Positions 19,090-29,486 of a stretch of DNA of 64,000 nucleotides are shown here, piece after piece. The DNA lies in NCBI GenBank assembly GCA_963845085.1, contig CAWJQI010000004.1, positions 608,001 to 672,000 of the forward strand, read 5' to 3'. Both the position numbers and the translations under genes were made by a program. The notes beneath the pieces are model-generated. The model did not search any database. It was not told the origin of the DNA and saw only the letters and a program-made list of their open reading frames with translations. The stretch's first letter is position 1, and each line of letters begins with the position of its first letter. The stretch comes from Candidatus Fermentibacterota bacterium (lineage in GTDB: Bacteria; Fermentibacterota; Fermentibacteria; Fermentibacterales; JCC-6).

Positions 19090-20450
19090 CACACACCCCC
19101 TACAACCATGCCGCGAATCAGCACGGAAGGACCGCCGTGACCGCTCTTTATGTTAATCTGGCCCTTGCCGCAACCTCCACGCTCATTGAGGTGGAAGTCA
19201 TCAGCCGCGGCCTCGATGCTTTTCAGAGTGGTGAAAAGGTTTCCCATTATGTTGATGTCCTTTATCATCGGACCGATTTCGCCGTTGCGGACGAGGTAGC
19301 CGTACTGGGCTCCGAAGGTGAAGTTCTCCCCGGCTGTCTGCCCGCCCTTTGCGTCACAAAGGTACAGGCCGTCTCCCAGTTTTCGCACCAGATCCCTGAA
19401 GGCCAGACTGCCGGCTTCGAAGAAAATCGTTCCCATCCTCACGATCGGTTCGTAACGAAAGTCTTCCGCCACGCAATGGCCTGTTGTCGGTTCATGAAAC
19501 TCGCCTGCAGTTCTGAGGGAGTGGAGCCTTCCTGTAAGAACGCCCTTTTTCATGAGCTGTACCCTTCTTACCGGAACGCCTTCGTCGTCGTAGCGGTAGA
19601 AACCCACCTGCCCCGGAAGCGTGGAGTCCGCCACGATGTTCACGGCATCACTGCCCAGCCTGGCGCCCAGAGCCATCTTCGCCCTCATTGAGGAGTTGTC
19701 CTCGATGATGTCGGCCTCGCTGAAGTGGCCGAAGGCCTCATGCACGAAAACGCCTGTCATCGACGGGTTGAGAACCACATCGAAGGTGCCCGCCTTGAGG
19801 GGCTCAGCGTCAAGAAGTGCAGCCGCGAGTTCACCCCTGCTGATGAACTCGGCCTCGCGGCCGACAAGAGAGTGGTATCCGTCGGCACCCCCCACGGAAA
19901 CGCGGATGTTCTGAAGCTGACCGTCGCGCCCGGCAACGGCTTCCCCGCCGATGGCCACCGTGACGATCCTCTCCCTGATGGCGGTTCCGCGTGTGCTCGC
20001 GAAGAACTTCTCACGGTCAACCTCGGAGTAGTTGACAGTGGTCGAAACGATGCCTGGCATTCCAAGCATGATGCGGCTGTACTTTCCGGCAAGATCAACC
20101 TTGTCCTGAAGAGGGACGTCGGCAGGGTCGCCGTTCAGCGCCGGTTCAACATGGTCGGTAACGGCGGGCACATCCGCAAGCACAACCGTCTTTCCACTGC
20201 GCCCCATGACCTCCGCCCCTTCGGCCGCAAGCCTTAGGGCCTCAGGAACATCCTCCCTGCGGGTGACGGTGGCCGAGGCAAAACCCTTTTCCCGGTACAC
20301 CCTGACCACAAATCCGTCGGTTGATACGGAATCGACACCTTTCAATCGGTCCTTGATGAACTCCGCGCTTGCGGAACGCATCCGTTCATAGCGTATATCT
20401 GCGTAATCGGCCTCAGCCCCGGCCAGTATCCTCTTCAGTTCGTCAAGCAT
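19089..20450 (-). CDS. tldD: TldD family metalloprotease
   Basis: GVFVHEAFGHFSEAD, YDDEGV, GGCGKGQ. Confidence 0.88.
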   Translation of the reverse strand: MLDELKRILAGAEADYADIRYERMRSASAEFIKDRLKGVDSVSTDGFVVRVYREKGFASATVTRREDVPEALRLAAEGAEVMGRSGKTVVLADVPAVTDHVEPALNGDPADVPLQDKVDLAGKYSRIMLGMPGIVSTTVNYSEVDREKFFASTRGTAIRERIVTVAIGGEAVAGRDGQLQNIRVSVGGADGYHSLVGREAEFISRGELAAALLDAEPLKAGTFDVVLNPSMTGVFVHEAFGHFSEADIIEDNSSMRAKMALGARLGSDAVNIVADSTLPGQVGFYRYDDEGVPVRRVQLMKKGVLTGRLHSLRTAGEFHEPTTGHCVAEDFRYEPIVRMGTIFFEAGSLAFRDLVRKLGDGLYLCDAKGGQTAGENFTFGAQYGYLVRNGEIGPMIKDINIMGNLFTTLKSIEAAADDFHLNERGGCGKGQINIKSGHGGPSVLIRGMVVGGV

Positions 20451-20681
20451 CAACCCACCTCCCGGTAGCTTCGAGAACCCTGCTTCATGGGTGTAACATG
20501 GCGAATCCCGGACAATAGTGCTAATAGTACCAGCCAAAGGTTCCGAAGGACCGGAACTGCTTGCATGATGCCGGCAACACGATGATTACAGCGGTCAGTG
20601 AGCTGTTCGGACCCGACCCGAAGCGGGCGCCGGAAAGGGGGGTGAACCAGCGCCCGCCGGGGTGGGGGGGGGAATCTATCG

Positions 20682-22094
20682 CTATGGAACCATCACAATG
20701 AACCGGGTGCTTCCATCGCGCCAAATCAGGAGAAGTGCGTTTTCAGTCATTCCATTCAAAAGTAACTCAACATCTTCAGGTGTTCCGACCCTTGTTCTGT
20801 TCACCTCGAGGATCACATCGCCTTCAATCAGTCCGGATCTGCCGGCGCTTCCGGCCTGGGTCACCTCAACCACCAGAACACCTTCTGACTGTGGTACCCC
20901 GAGTTGCTCCGCCCGGTTCCCGTCAAGAGCCTGAAGCCTCCAGCCGCGGTCGACAGAGAGGGATGGCGGGGTGCCTGCAGCGGTGTCGGAAGAAGGCTGG
21001 GTGCCCAGGGTCACCCTGAAATCCATTTCTCTCCCGCCACGAACGATCCCCAGGGTCATCTCCGTCCCCGGGTCAGTAGATGCAATGAGGTTTCGCAGCA
21101 GGGCCACGCTTTGTACCGCAGCGCCATCGGTTGAGGTTATCACATCGCCGCGCTCGATGCCCGAAGCGGATGCCGGGGTGCCGGGCATGACATCTGCGAC
21201 GACAATCCCCGTGACACCGGGTTGAACGCCGAACTGCTCCCGAAGTTCCGGAGAGAGCTCCTGCAGGATCACTCCGAGCCATCCCCGTCGAACCTCGCCG
21301 AACCTGATCAGGTCGTTCATCACGTCCTGCACCATCTCCACGGGAATCGCGAACCCGATGCCCTGATTCCCTCCGGTGCGGCTTGCGATGGCCGTGTTGA
21401 TGCCTATCAGCTCACCCCTCATGTTCACAAGGGCTCCGCCGCTGTTGCCCGGGTTGATCGCGGCGTCGGTCTGGATGTAGGACTCGTAATCGGCGAGGCC
21501 CACACCTTCCCTGCCAAGGAAGCTGATTATGCCCTGTGTCACGGTCTGGCTCAGGGCAAAGGGTGTTCCGATCGCCAGCACCCACTCCCCGACCCTCGCG
21601 TTCCTGCTCTGCCCCATCGTGATGGCGGGAAGGCCTTCGGAATCGATGTGGATCACAGCAAGATCCGTTCTGGGATCAGATGCAACAAGCTTCGCCGGGA
21701 ATCTCTCGCCCGTTGCGAGCACGACCTCGAGCTCGTCCGCCTCGCCCGCGACATGATGGTTTGTGACAATGTAGCCGTCCGGGGTGACAATGACCCCGCT
21801 TCCAAGCCCGCTCTGCGTGAACTCCCTCTCCTCCCGGGGGCCAAATCCGTAGAACCCCCAGGGGGTCATTCCGAATCCCGGTACGGAAGCGGTGACCGTT
21901 GTCCGCGAGTTGATCGTCACCACACTCGGACCCACAGCTTCCGCTATGTCCGCGAAGTGCTCGCTCACAAGCATTGGATCGCTTATGACCACCGTTACCG
22001 TGTCCGGTTCAGCCGTTGCGCCTGCATCCGCCGTATCGCTGGATGGCAGGAATGGCAGAGCAACGGCGGCGATGTAAAATAGCGCCGGGAACAT
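20682..22094 (-). CDS. degP: Do/DegQ (HtrA) periplasmic serine endoprotease with two PDZ domains
   Basis: GSGVIV, TNHHV, DLAVI, IQTDAAINPGNSGG; two PDZ domains; signal peptide. Confidence 0.92.
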   Translation of the reverse strand: MFPALFYIAAVALPFLPSSDTADAGATAEPDTVTVVISDPMLVSEHFADIAEAVGPSVVTINSRTTVTASVPGFGMTPWGFYGFGPREEREFTQSGLGSGVIVTPDGYIVTNHHVAGEADELEVVLATGERFPAKLVASDPRTDLAVIHIDSEGLPAITMGQSRNARVGEWVLAIGTPFALSQTVTQGIISFLGREGVGLADYESYIQTDAAINPGNSGGALVNMRGELIGINTAIASRTGGNQGIGFAIPVEMVQDVMNDLIRFGEVRRGWLGVILQELSPELREQFGVQPGVTGIVVADVMPGTPASASGIERGDVITSTDGAAVQSVALLRNLIASTDPGTEMTLGIVRGGREMDFRVTLGTQPSSDTAAGTPPSLSVDRGWRLQALDGNRAEQLGVPQSEGVLVVEVTQAGSAGRSGLIEGDVILEVNRTRVGTPEDVELLLNGMTENALLLIWRDGSTRFIVMVP

Positions 22095-22230
22095 TCCTCT
22101 CCTTTCCTGTCAGTCGAACAGTTTGCATGGTTTTACCCGGCCGGAAAATGGCGGTTCCAGTGGAGGGGTTGTTGACGGCGGCCCGTGCAGGGGTTATTTG
22201 AAAATGCAGATGCGAAAGGCAGGGTGTGAC

Positions 22231-22875
22231 ATGACCCTTTTTCTTGCAGCCCTTTGCGGTTTCAGCCTTCTTTCCGGATCCATCCGATTGCCCGATCCCG
22301 CCATCGAGGGAGGCATGACCCTCTGTCAGGCACTGGCCACACGAAGGTCCGTACGCGGTTTCAATGCCACGGACAGCCTCACTCTCACTCAGTTGTCTCA
22401 GCTCCTGTGGGCCGCCCAGGGCAAAACGGGCACCCGGGGCAGGCGCACAGCCCCATCCGCAGGAGCCACCTACCCCCTCGGACTGCTCTGCGCAATTGAA
22501 AGGGTCGAGGGGACCTCACCCGGACTCTACCGTTACGACCCCGTTGACCACACCCTGTCATTCATCGCCCCCGTGCAGCAGCTGTGCAGTGATGTGGCTG
22601 AGGCATGTTACGGCCAGACGTGGATCGGGAGCGCTCCCGCGTTTCTCTTCATAGTGGCGGACTACTCCAGAACAACCGACCACTACGGCGAGAGGGGAAT
22701 AAGGTATGTCGACATGGAAGCAGGTCACGCCGGACAGAACATCTACCTCCAGGCAACCGCACTTGGTCTTGGCACCTGCGCCGTCGGAGCATTCGGCGAG
22801 GAAGCGGTGGCGGAACTGCTTCACCTGGATAACGAAACCCCGCTGTACATCTTCCCGGTCGGCGTCGGGGAGTGA
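22231..22875 (+). CDS. SagB/ThcOx-family nitroreductase-like protein with N-terminal signal
   Basis: RRSVR, LSQLLWAAQG, RTAPSAGATYP, YGERGIRY..MEAGHAGQNIYLQA. Confidence 0.88.
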   Translation: MTLFLAALCGFSLLSGSIRLPDPAIEGGMTLCQALATRRSVRGFNATDSLTLTQLSQLLWAAQGKTGTRGRRTAPSAGATYPLGLLCAIERVEGTSPGLYRYDPVDHTLSFIAPVQQLCSDVAEACYGQTWIGSAPAFLFIVADYSRTTDHYGERGIRYVDMEAGHAGQNIYLQATALGLGTCAVGAFGEEAVAELLHLDNETPLYIFPVGVGE

Positions 22876-22878
22876 AGG

Positions 22879-23607
22879 CTAGAACCCGATCGTTACGCCC
22901 AGAACAGCGTAGTGCAGCCAGGCGAAGGTGTAAACCGACTCAACGTCAGCTCCGCCTTCGATCGTTCTGTATCCGGCGTTGACGCTCACTCCGTCGCTCA
23001 GTTCGCGGCAAAGCTTCAGAGAGATGTCGAACGCCCTTCCCGGCCCTCCCGCCAGGCCGTTGAAATCGAGCACCATCCTGGTGGAGGGGCAGAACGAGTA
23101 TTCGCCTCTGAGGTAAAGCAGGGGCACGAATCCCAGGTCGGTCTTCTCCGCAAACAGATCACCCTGCCTGAGGCTTATCTTCGCATCGCGAATCTTTGCC
23201 GTGAAACCCACCCTCCAGTCCCAGTCCCCGCCTTCGTGGAACAGGTATCCATAGCCGACCCGCCAGGAGTTGAAGCGAAACACCGCATCGGTGGTTCCCG
23301 CCGGAAAAGTCACACCGTTGAACACAGCTTCTTCCGATAGCTCCACCGTCTCGGAAATCTCAAGCGGGGCAAGGGTGAGCTGCAGTCTGTGGCGGGGGTT
23401 CACATCCCAGTTTACGTACATCCTTCCCGCAGCCAGCGGGCCGGAACCTGCGAGTTCTACCAGGTCGATCTCGGTCGCCCCGGGGTCGTTGGGGATACGG
23501 AAATCGTTCCGTGTCTGCCAGACAGCCCCCCCCTCCAGCTCGATTGAGAGGCTTCCGGCTGATGCCAGGGCAGCGCACGCAATAAAGGCAACAAGTGACA
23601 GCCTCAT
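22879..23607 (-). CDS. Putative outer-membrane beta-barrel protein
   Basis: Signal peptide, beta-strand pattern, C-terminal Phe (GVTIGF). Confidence 0.72.
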   Translation of the reverse strand: MRLSLVAFIACAALASAGSLSIELEGGAVWQTRNDFRIPNDPGATEIDLVELAGSGPLAAGRMYVNWDVNPRHRLQLTLAPLEISETVELSEEAVFNGVTFPAGTTDAVFRFNSWRVGYGYLFHEGGDWDWRVGFTAKIRDAKISLRQGDLFAEKTDLGFVPLLYLRGEYSFCPSTRMVLDFNGLAGGPGRAFDISLKLCRELSDGVSVNAGYRTIEGGADVESVYTFAWLHYAVLGVTIGF

Positions 23608-23831
23608 TCCGGACCTTCCCTTCGGGTCACCCACGCCGGACCAGCCCGGCGGAGACAGCTTTGCAAAAATATAGCACGCGATGCGCGAAAGGCTTGATTT
23701 TTTATATTTGCATTCGGGCTCGATCCGGGTGGGGAACCGCATGCCGATGTACCCGGGAGAACCCGGTCGACTGCCGAACATTTATATAATCTCCATATTT
23801 TGGTGACCGACGAAAGAACGGGAGGGGATAC

Positions 23832-24437
23832 ATGAGGTCAGCTTCAATCGTTCTTGCAGCTCTTGCGGCGGCGGCATATTCCGGCACGGCAACCTGCGGC
23901 TGGGAGGGAACCGAAACCGTTCTCGCCCTCTATGGAACAGGCGATCCTCCCATCATTGCCAGCCTCGTCACAACACCCGTTCACGGCGGGGCTCAGGCAC
24001 TGAGCCTCGAAGACAACTCCCCCACGGGCACCCCGCAGGCCTACGTCGCATGGGTGACCGGCCTGTCGGACGGTGATGAGGTCACTGCAGGCTTCTGGAG
24101 GTACGATGTCACTCCGGGAACCACCCCTCCCTCCTCAAGAATCTGGGGTCACTGGAACGACAACCCCGACGACCTGCTTGCATACAATGGAAGCGCCGGG
24201 GGCAACAACGATTATGGCCCCGGTACCGGGTGGGACCTTGTCGAGTACACCTGGACGGTTGCCGAGGGTCACACCGGGCTTGTCGTGGAGATTCGCACCT
24301 ACTCAGAACCCGGCGATACCGTATTCATTGATGATCTTACCGTGACCGCACCCGACGGAACCTCGATCTGGACGCCTGAGAACTACCTGTCCCTTGAGGG
24401 ATGCAGCTGGGGGGCAATAAAAAGCCTTTCCTGGTAG
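23832..24437 (+). CDS. Secreted hypothetical protein (CBM-like beta-sandwich) with C-terminal SWGAIK tail
   Basis: GGAGG SD, signal peptide, FIDDLTV sandwich-end motif, C-terminus SLEGCSWGAIKSLSW. Confidence 0.8.
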   Translation: MRSASIVLAALAAAAYSGTATCGWEGTETVLALYGTGDPPIIASLVTTPVHGGAQALSLEDNSPTGTPQAYVAWVTGLSDGDEVTAGFWRYDVTPGTTPPSSRIWGHWNDNPDDLLAYNGSAGGNNDYGPGTGWDLVEYTWTVAEGHTGLVVEIRTYSEPGDTVFIDDLTVTAPDGTSIWTPENYLSLEGCSWGAIKSLSW

Positions 24438-24440
24438 GAC

Positions 24441-27098
24441 TCAGCGGCCAGTAAGTATCCGTCTGACCTTGTCGAGCAGCAGGCCAACGGAGAAAGGCTT
24501 CTGAAGGAAGTTCACCCCTTCGTTCAGAACACCCTGGTGCGCGATGGTATCGGCTGTATAGCCCGAGATGTAAAGGGTTTTCATGTCCGGCCGAGCCTTC
24601 GACAGGGTTTCACTCAATTCACGGCCGTTCATCCCGGGCATCATCATGTCCGTTATCAGAAGGTGGATGTCGCCGGCATGCCCGGCCGACACAGCGGCAG
24701 CCTCCTCCGGCAGCCTGGCGGTCAGTACGATGTAGCCGCTGCTTCTTAGCACCTCGGAGGCCATGTTGAGGATCATCTCCTCATCCTCCACGAACAGGAT
24801 CGTCTCCGTGCCGCCAACCGGCTTTCCGCCTTCTTTCCTGTCCGCGGGAGAAACCGGTTCGGTCACCTCGGGAAGGTATATCCTGAACACCGACCCGCGG
24901 CCGGGCTCGCTCGAGACCTTTATGAATCCACCGTTCTGGCTGACGATGCCGAATACCGTGGCAAGCCCGAGACCTGTTCCCTGCCCAACCTCCTTCGTCG
25001 TGAAGAAAGGTTCGAAAAGGTGGTCGAACACATTCTCATCCATCCCGCACCCCGAATCACTGACTTCGAGCATCACGAATCCACCCGGCGTGTAGCCGGG
25101 ATTCGAGCTGCAGAATTCCCTGTCGAAATCGGCATTGGCCGTTCTGATCAGCAGGATGCCGTTTCCGCTCATCGCATCCCTGGCGTTTACGACAAGGTTC
25201 GCAAGCACCTGGTTCAACTGGTTGGGATCGATCCTGACCCTTCTGAGGGTTCCGCCCGGGCTCCAGTCAAGATGGATGTTCTCACCGATGAGCCGTCGCA
25301 GCATGCTCAGCATTCCGGACAGCGTGGCGTTCAGGTCAAGGACCCGGGGCTCGGCGGTCTGCCTCCGGGCAAAACCGAGAAGCTGCCTGGTCAACTCCGC
25401 GGAACGCTCGGCCGCGGTGCGGATTTCCGAGATGTTCTCCCTGAGCGGGGAACGATGCGACAGTTTTCTGTCGATTATATCGGCATGCCCGAGTATGACT
25501 TCGAGCATGTTGTTGAAATCATGGGCGACCCCGCCGGCGAGCCTTCCGATCGACTCAAGCTTCTGGGCATGAAGCAGCTGGAGCTGCATGTCGCGCTTTC
25601 TCTCATCCTCCCGGACCTTTTCCGTTATGTCGGTGGAGATGCCGCACAGACTCATGGGTTTTCTGTCCTGGTCAAAAATGACCTGGGTGCGGACGTCGAA
25701 GAGGATCTCTTCCCCGCTGCGTTTTCGGTTCACCACGGTTCCGTGCCATCTTCCCCTTTCCAGGGTGTTGCGAAGAATGTCAGCCTGTGTGGCCCCCCTG
25801 GAGGGATCTTCGCCGAAATCGTGGATCGTCATGCTCTGCAGCTCTTCCCTCGAGTAGCCGAGGGACTCGACTTCAGCCTGGTTCGCATAGGTGATCCTTC
25901 CGGAGAGGTCAGTAACGGTCACCCTGTCGCTGATCTGGTCCAGAACCGTCGCCTGGAGGCGAAGCTTTTTCTCGGCTTCCTTCCTCTCCGTGATGTCAAG
26001 GACAGTGAAAACCTCGCCCTTCGAAGGGTCGGATGAATCAAGGAGCGTAACGCCGACAATGACGCTGATGGGCTTCCCGTCTTTCCTGGCCATCGGTACC
26101 TCGAGGCTGCAGATTCCGGTTTCCCCGATCTGCCTGTGCTTCTCTATCCCGACGAACTCATAATCCTCTTCGGATGTGTACAGGATCCTCGCGGGGCTCC
26201 CCGCAAGCTCGTCAAACGACCGGCCAAGCATGTCGCAGAAGGCCTGGTTGGCCTCGAGTATCATTCTATCCCTGACAATACCAATACCCACCGGTGCCGA
26301 AGAATAAATGGCCTTGAGTTTGGCTTCGCTGGCTCGAAGGGATTCTTCCGCCTTCTTCCTCTGCGTGATCTCCTCGTAGGTTCCAAGTACTCCGATGACG
26401 GAGCCTTCCGATGATCGAAGGGGAGCCTTGCTGGTCCGAAGCCAGATCGTATCCCCCGCGGGCGTTGTCTGAGGCTCCTCGTAACCGATTTTCTGCGTTC
26501 CCGACTTGATCACCTCAAGGTCATCCCGGCGATACAGCTCGGCCTGGTCGCGCCAACCCATCTGATGGTCGTTCTTTCCTATTATTTCGTCGGGATTCGA
26601 CAGGCCTGCATCCTGAGCAAATGACTTGTTGCATCCCAGGAAGTTCAGGTCCAGGTCCTTCCAGAACACCCTCACCGGTATGGTGTCAAGCACGCTCCTC
26701 AGAAGCTGCCGGGCCTGCAGGAGCTCGGATCGAAGGGCTTCTCCCGCGCCCTGTTCCCGGAAGACAAGAACAACGCCGGTGCTCTGTCCTGAAACGTCGC
26801 TGACCCTTCGCGCGCTGACCTGCACGGCCATTCTGCCACAGGATGGAAGCATGAATTCCACATCGCGGACCTGGGTTGAATCGCACTCGAGAGCCCTCTG
26901 TACAAGACAATCCGAAGACTCGCATAAGATGTGCAGCCAGAGTTTTCGGCAGTCGCGGCCCGGCACCCCGACGGCATCTGCTCCGAAAAGGTCGAGAAAG
27001 CCTTTGTTCACCCTCTTCAATGAAAGGTCGGAGCCGATTATGCACAGCGGGATGACGGCCTCGAATACCTGTTCAAGATCGAAGTGCTCTTCCCTCAT
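24441..27098 (-). CDS. Multi-PAS hybrid sensor histidine kinase with receiver domain
   Basis: Four PAS segments; LAGGVAHDFNN H-box; NARDAM, DSGCGM, GTGLGL; receiver FVEDE...TDMMMP...LQKPF. Confidence 0.93.
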   Translation of the reverse strand: MREEHFDLEQVFEAVIPLCIIGSDLSLKRVNKGFLDLFGADAVGVPGRDCRKLWLHILCESSDCLVQRALECDSTQVRDVEFMLPSCGRMAVQVSARRVSDVSGQSTGVVLVFREQGAGEALRSELLQARQLLRSVLDTIPVRVFWKDLDLNFLGCNKSFAQDAGLSNPDEIIGKNDHQMGWRDQAELYRRDDLEVIKSGTQKIGYEEPQTTPAGDTIWLRTSKAPLRSSEGSVIGVLGTYEEITQRKKAEESLRASEAKLKAIYSSAPVGIGIVRDRMILEANQAFCDMLGRSFDELAGSPARILYTSEEDYEFVGIEKHRQIGETGICSLEVPMARKDGKPISVIVGVTLLDSSDPSKGEVFTVLDITERKEAEKKLRLQATVLDQISDRVTVTDLSGRITYANQAEVESLGYSREELQSMTIHDFGEDPSRGATQADILRNTLERGRWHGTVVNRKRSGEEILFDVRTQVIFDQDRKPMSLCGISTDITEKVREDERKRDMQLQLLHAQKLESIGRLAGGVAHDFNNMLEVILGHADIIDRKLSHRSPLRENISEIRTAAERSAELTRQLLGFARRQTAEPRVLDLNATLSGMLSMLRRLIGENIHLDWSPGGTLRRVRIDPNQLNQVLANLVVNARDAMSGNGILLIRTANADFDREFCSSNPGYTPGGFVMLEVSDSGCGMDENVFDHLFEPFFTTKEVGQGTGLGLATVFGIVSQNGGFIKVSSEPGRGSVFRIYLPEVTEPVSPADRKEGGKPVGGTETILFVEDEEMILNMASEVLRSSGYIVLTARLPEEAAAVSAGHAGDIHLLITDMMMPGMNGRELSETLSKARPDMKTLYISGYTADTIAHQGVLNEGVNFLQKPFSVGLLLDKVRRILTGR

Positions 27099-27180
27099 AT
27101 CCCTGTCCTGCGAAGGTCAGCGTCTGACATACAGAACCGAGATATACACAGGATGCTGCCACAAAGTCACGCGCCGGGTA

Positions 27181-29451
27181 TCAGAACTCGTACTCCAGCC
27201 CAACCACGGGCATTATGCCCCACTGGTATATCCTGTCCTCCCTGTGCTCGACACCGTTCCAGTAGACGGCGGCCACATTTCTTCTGTTGTAGGCGTTCCA
27301 GATTGAGGCATAGGTGACAAGGGCGGTATCCGAAAAGTTGAACCTCCGGTCCACCCTGACGTTCAGTGTGTGAAACGCGGGCAGTCTCTCCGCGTTGATC
27401 CTGCTTTCATCGAGAATGCTGCGGTTGAACTCCGCGCTGGCCTCGACATCGAGGGGTGTGAACGGTCTGCCTCCCGCGAAGTCCCACCTGAGCGAGGCTT
27501 CCCATCTTTCGTCAAACCGGTAGCCGCCCTCTATTCCCACGATCACCCTGTTGTCGAAGATCCGGTTTCGAAAGGGTTCTCCGGGGCTTCGGTACGAAGA
27601 CCTGGAATAGGAACCTGAAACAATGCCGTAAAGCCCCATCGCAAGACGTTTCTGCAGCGTTACCTCAATGCCGCGCGACCGGGCAAGCGCGCCCGACTGC
27701 AGCGAGATGAAGGAATACAGGTCCTGTTCGCTTCCCAGCCCGTCGAGAATGAAGTAGCCGGGCTGTCCGGGATCGAATGGAAAACGGGAGTATTCCTTCA
27801 GGTACGCTTCCACGACCAGCCGGGTGTCCTCGCTGAACAACCGCTGGAAGCCGAGAACGTAATGCGTGGCGACCGGATCGCAAAGCGATTCGAATTCAGT
27901 GCTCCTTGCGATGAGTTCGGCCGGAAGTGCCTGCCTGTAGATTCCCGCGGAAGCAGTGATCGTACAGTCTTCGCCCGTCTGCAGGCTCAGCGCACCCCGG
28001 GGCGAGACAGTCATCGAGCGGTTTCGGTCGCTGTAGTCCCCGCGAAGGCCGAATGTGGCCACCACGCGTTGGGAAATGTCCAGTGTCGTCTCGCAGAAGA
28101 TGCCACCCTGAAAGCTCTGAACATCCCTGTCGATCGTCAGGGGAGGAAGCGGTTCCCCGCTCCAGCTCGTATCGGCTCCGAAATAGCTGTCGTACCTGTT
28201 GAAGCCAAGCCGCAGGTCAAGCCCGAAGTTCATTTCCAGTCCGGGTGAGGCGCTCCAGGTGTTTGTATTCCTGAGGCTTGCCGACCTCTCATCCGAATCC
28301 TGAACAGCTTCGATCTCCTGGTTCGATGTTTTCCTGTAGTCGCCCCCGTAGCTGAGATCACTGAACGAAAGGGATGTTCTGGAGAAGCCGTCACCATGCC
28401 AAAGCCACCTCCAGTCCACTCCGGTGAGCAGGCTTTTCGTATCCGTTATTCCGTAGTTGGGGTTTCCGTCATCCCCGGCCTGTTCGAATGTGTAGTCGAC
28501 GTAGTCAATCGCACCCATGCCGAGGAACGTGAGCCTGTGGCTCGGGGAAAGATCGAGTTCGACCTTCGCAAGATAGTCCGAGTAGGTGGGAACCGCGTCT
28601 ATGTCGGCTATCGAAGTGAGAAGGTCAACCCAGGAATGGCGGGCTGTGACCAGCCATGCGCCATCCCCTCCAGCCAGCGGGCCTTCAAGCACCGTCCCTG
28701 CTCCGGCCATGCCGAAGTCGAGCTGGCCGTCGAATTCCTGTCTGTTCCCGCCCCTGAGCTTCAACTCCATCACGGAAGAAAGCCTGTCGCCGTATGCCGC
28801 CGAAAACCCCCCGGCGGAGAAGCGGACATCGGAGAGAACATCCACATTCACCATTGAGAGTCCGCCGCCGGATGTGCCCTGCCTTGGGAAATGGTTGATA
28901 TTGCCGAATTCCATGTTTTCGATGTAGATGCCGTTTTCAAAAGGGTTGCCGCCCCGGACGGCCAGGCCGTTGTACTGGTTGTCGACCTTGGATACGGACG
29001 GCAGCCCGGCGATTATCCTGACCACATCCCCCGCTGAACCCGGAGCGCGCCGGATCTCCTCGCCGGAAAATTCCTGCGAGCTTCCGGCCTGGGCTTCATC
29101 CCGGGAAAAGTACGAGGGTCGGACCGTTATGGTGCCTCCGGCGAGCGGCGCAGGTTCGAGCAGGAACTCCACCATCGTGAGCCGCTCGGAGCGCACTATC
29201 ACGTCGGTCTTCATGCCGGGGTGGTGTCCGACCGACGAAACCCTGAGGTTGTAGCTTCCCACCGGAACCCCGGTTATCGAAAATTCACCGTTCCCGTCCG
29301 TGAGCCCGCCAAGACTGGTTCCATCCAGTATGACAAAGGCGCCGGCGACCGGTTCAAGGGTTCCGCTCGTGGCGACACTGCCTGATATCCTTCCCTCCGG
29401 ATCGGCCCCGTACAGCGCTGCTGCCGGGATCAAAACATACAGAAGCTTCAA
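27181..29451 (-). CDS. TonB-dependent receptor
   Basis: N-terminal carboxypeptidase-like domain; plug LAVRGG..EN; GGFSAAYGDRLSSV; C-terminal EYEF; TTG start after GGGGGA SD. Confidence 0.9.
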   Translation of the reverse strand: MKLLYVLIPAAALYGADPEGRISGSVATSGTLEPVAGAFVILDGTSLGGLTDGNGEFSITGVPVGSYNLRVSSVGHHPGMKTDVIVRSERLTMVEFLLEPAPLAGGTITVRPSYFSRDEAQAGSSQEFSGEEIRRAPGSAGDVVRIIAGLPSVSKVDNQYNGLAVRGGNPFENGIYIENMEFGNINHFPRQGTSGGGLSMVNVDVLSDVRFSAGGFSAAYGDRLSSVMELKLRGGNRQEFDGQLDFGMAGAGTVLEGPLAGGDGAWLVTARHSWVDLLTSIADIDAVPTYSDYLAKVELDLSPSHRLTFLGMGAIDYVDYTFEQAGDDGNPNYGITDTKSLLTGVDWRWLWHGDGFSRTSLSFSDLSYGGDYRKTSNQEIEAVQDSDERSASLRNTNTWSASPGLEMNFGLDLRLGFNRYDSYFGADTSWSGEPLPPLTIDRDVQSFQGGIFCETTLDISQRVVATFGLRGDYSDRNRSMTVSPRGALSLQTGEDCTITASAGIYRQALPAELIARSTEFESLCDPVATHYVLGFQRLFSEDTRLVVEAYLKEYSRFPFDPGQPGYFILDGLGSEQDLYSFISLQSGALARSRGIEVTLQKRLAMGLYGIVSGSYSRSSYRSPGEPFRNRIFDNRVIVGIEGGYRFDERWEASLRWDFAGGRPFTPLDVEASAEFNRSILDESRINAERLPAFHTLNVRVDRRFNFSDTALVTYASIWNAYNRRNVAAVYWNGVEHREDRIYQWGIMPVVGLEYEF

Positions 29452-29486
29452 AATGCGTCCCCCGATCTGTCCAACTGCACAGCTGT

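Noticed and set aside
22124..22142. GG-N10-GC upstream of degP as a sigma-54 promoter
   Set aside because: Only the dinucleotides match (CGGGTA-AAACC-ATGCA), which is too weak against consensus.
17779..22875. TldD/TldE plus SagB/ThcOx as a possible azole-RiPP cluster
   Set aside because: No YcaO or E1-like cyclodehydratase, no Cys/Ser/Gly-rich precursor and no exporter. The SagB-like gene is divergent, stand-alone and has a signal-like N-terminus.
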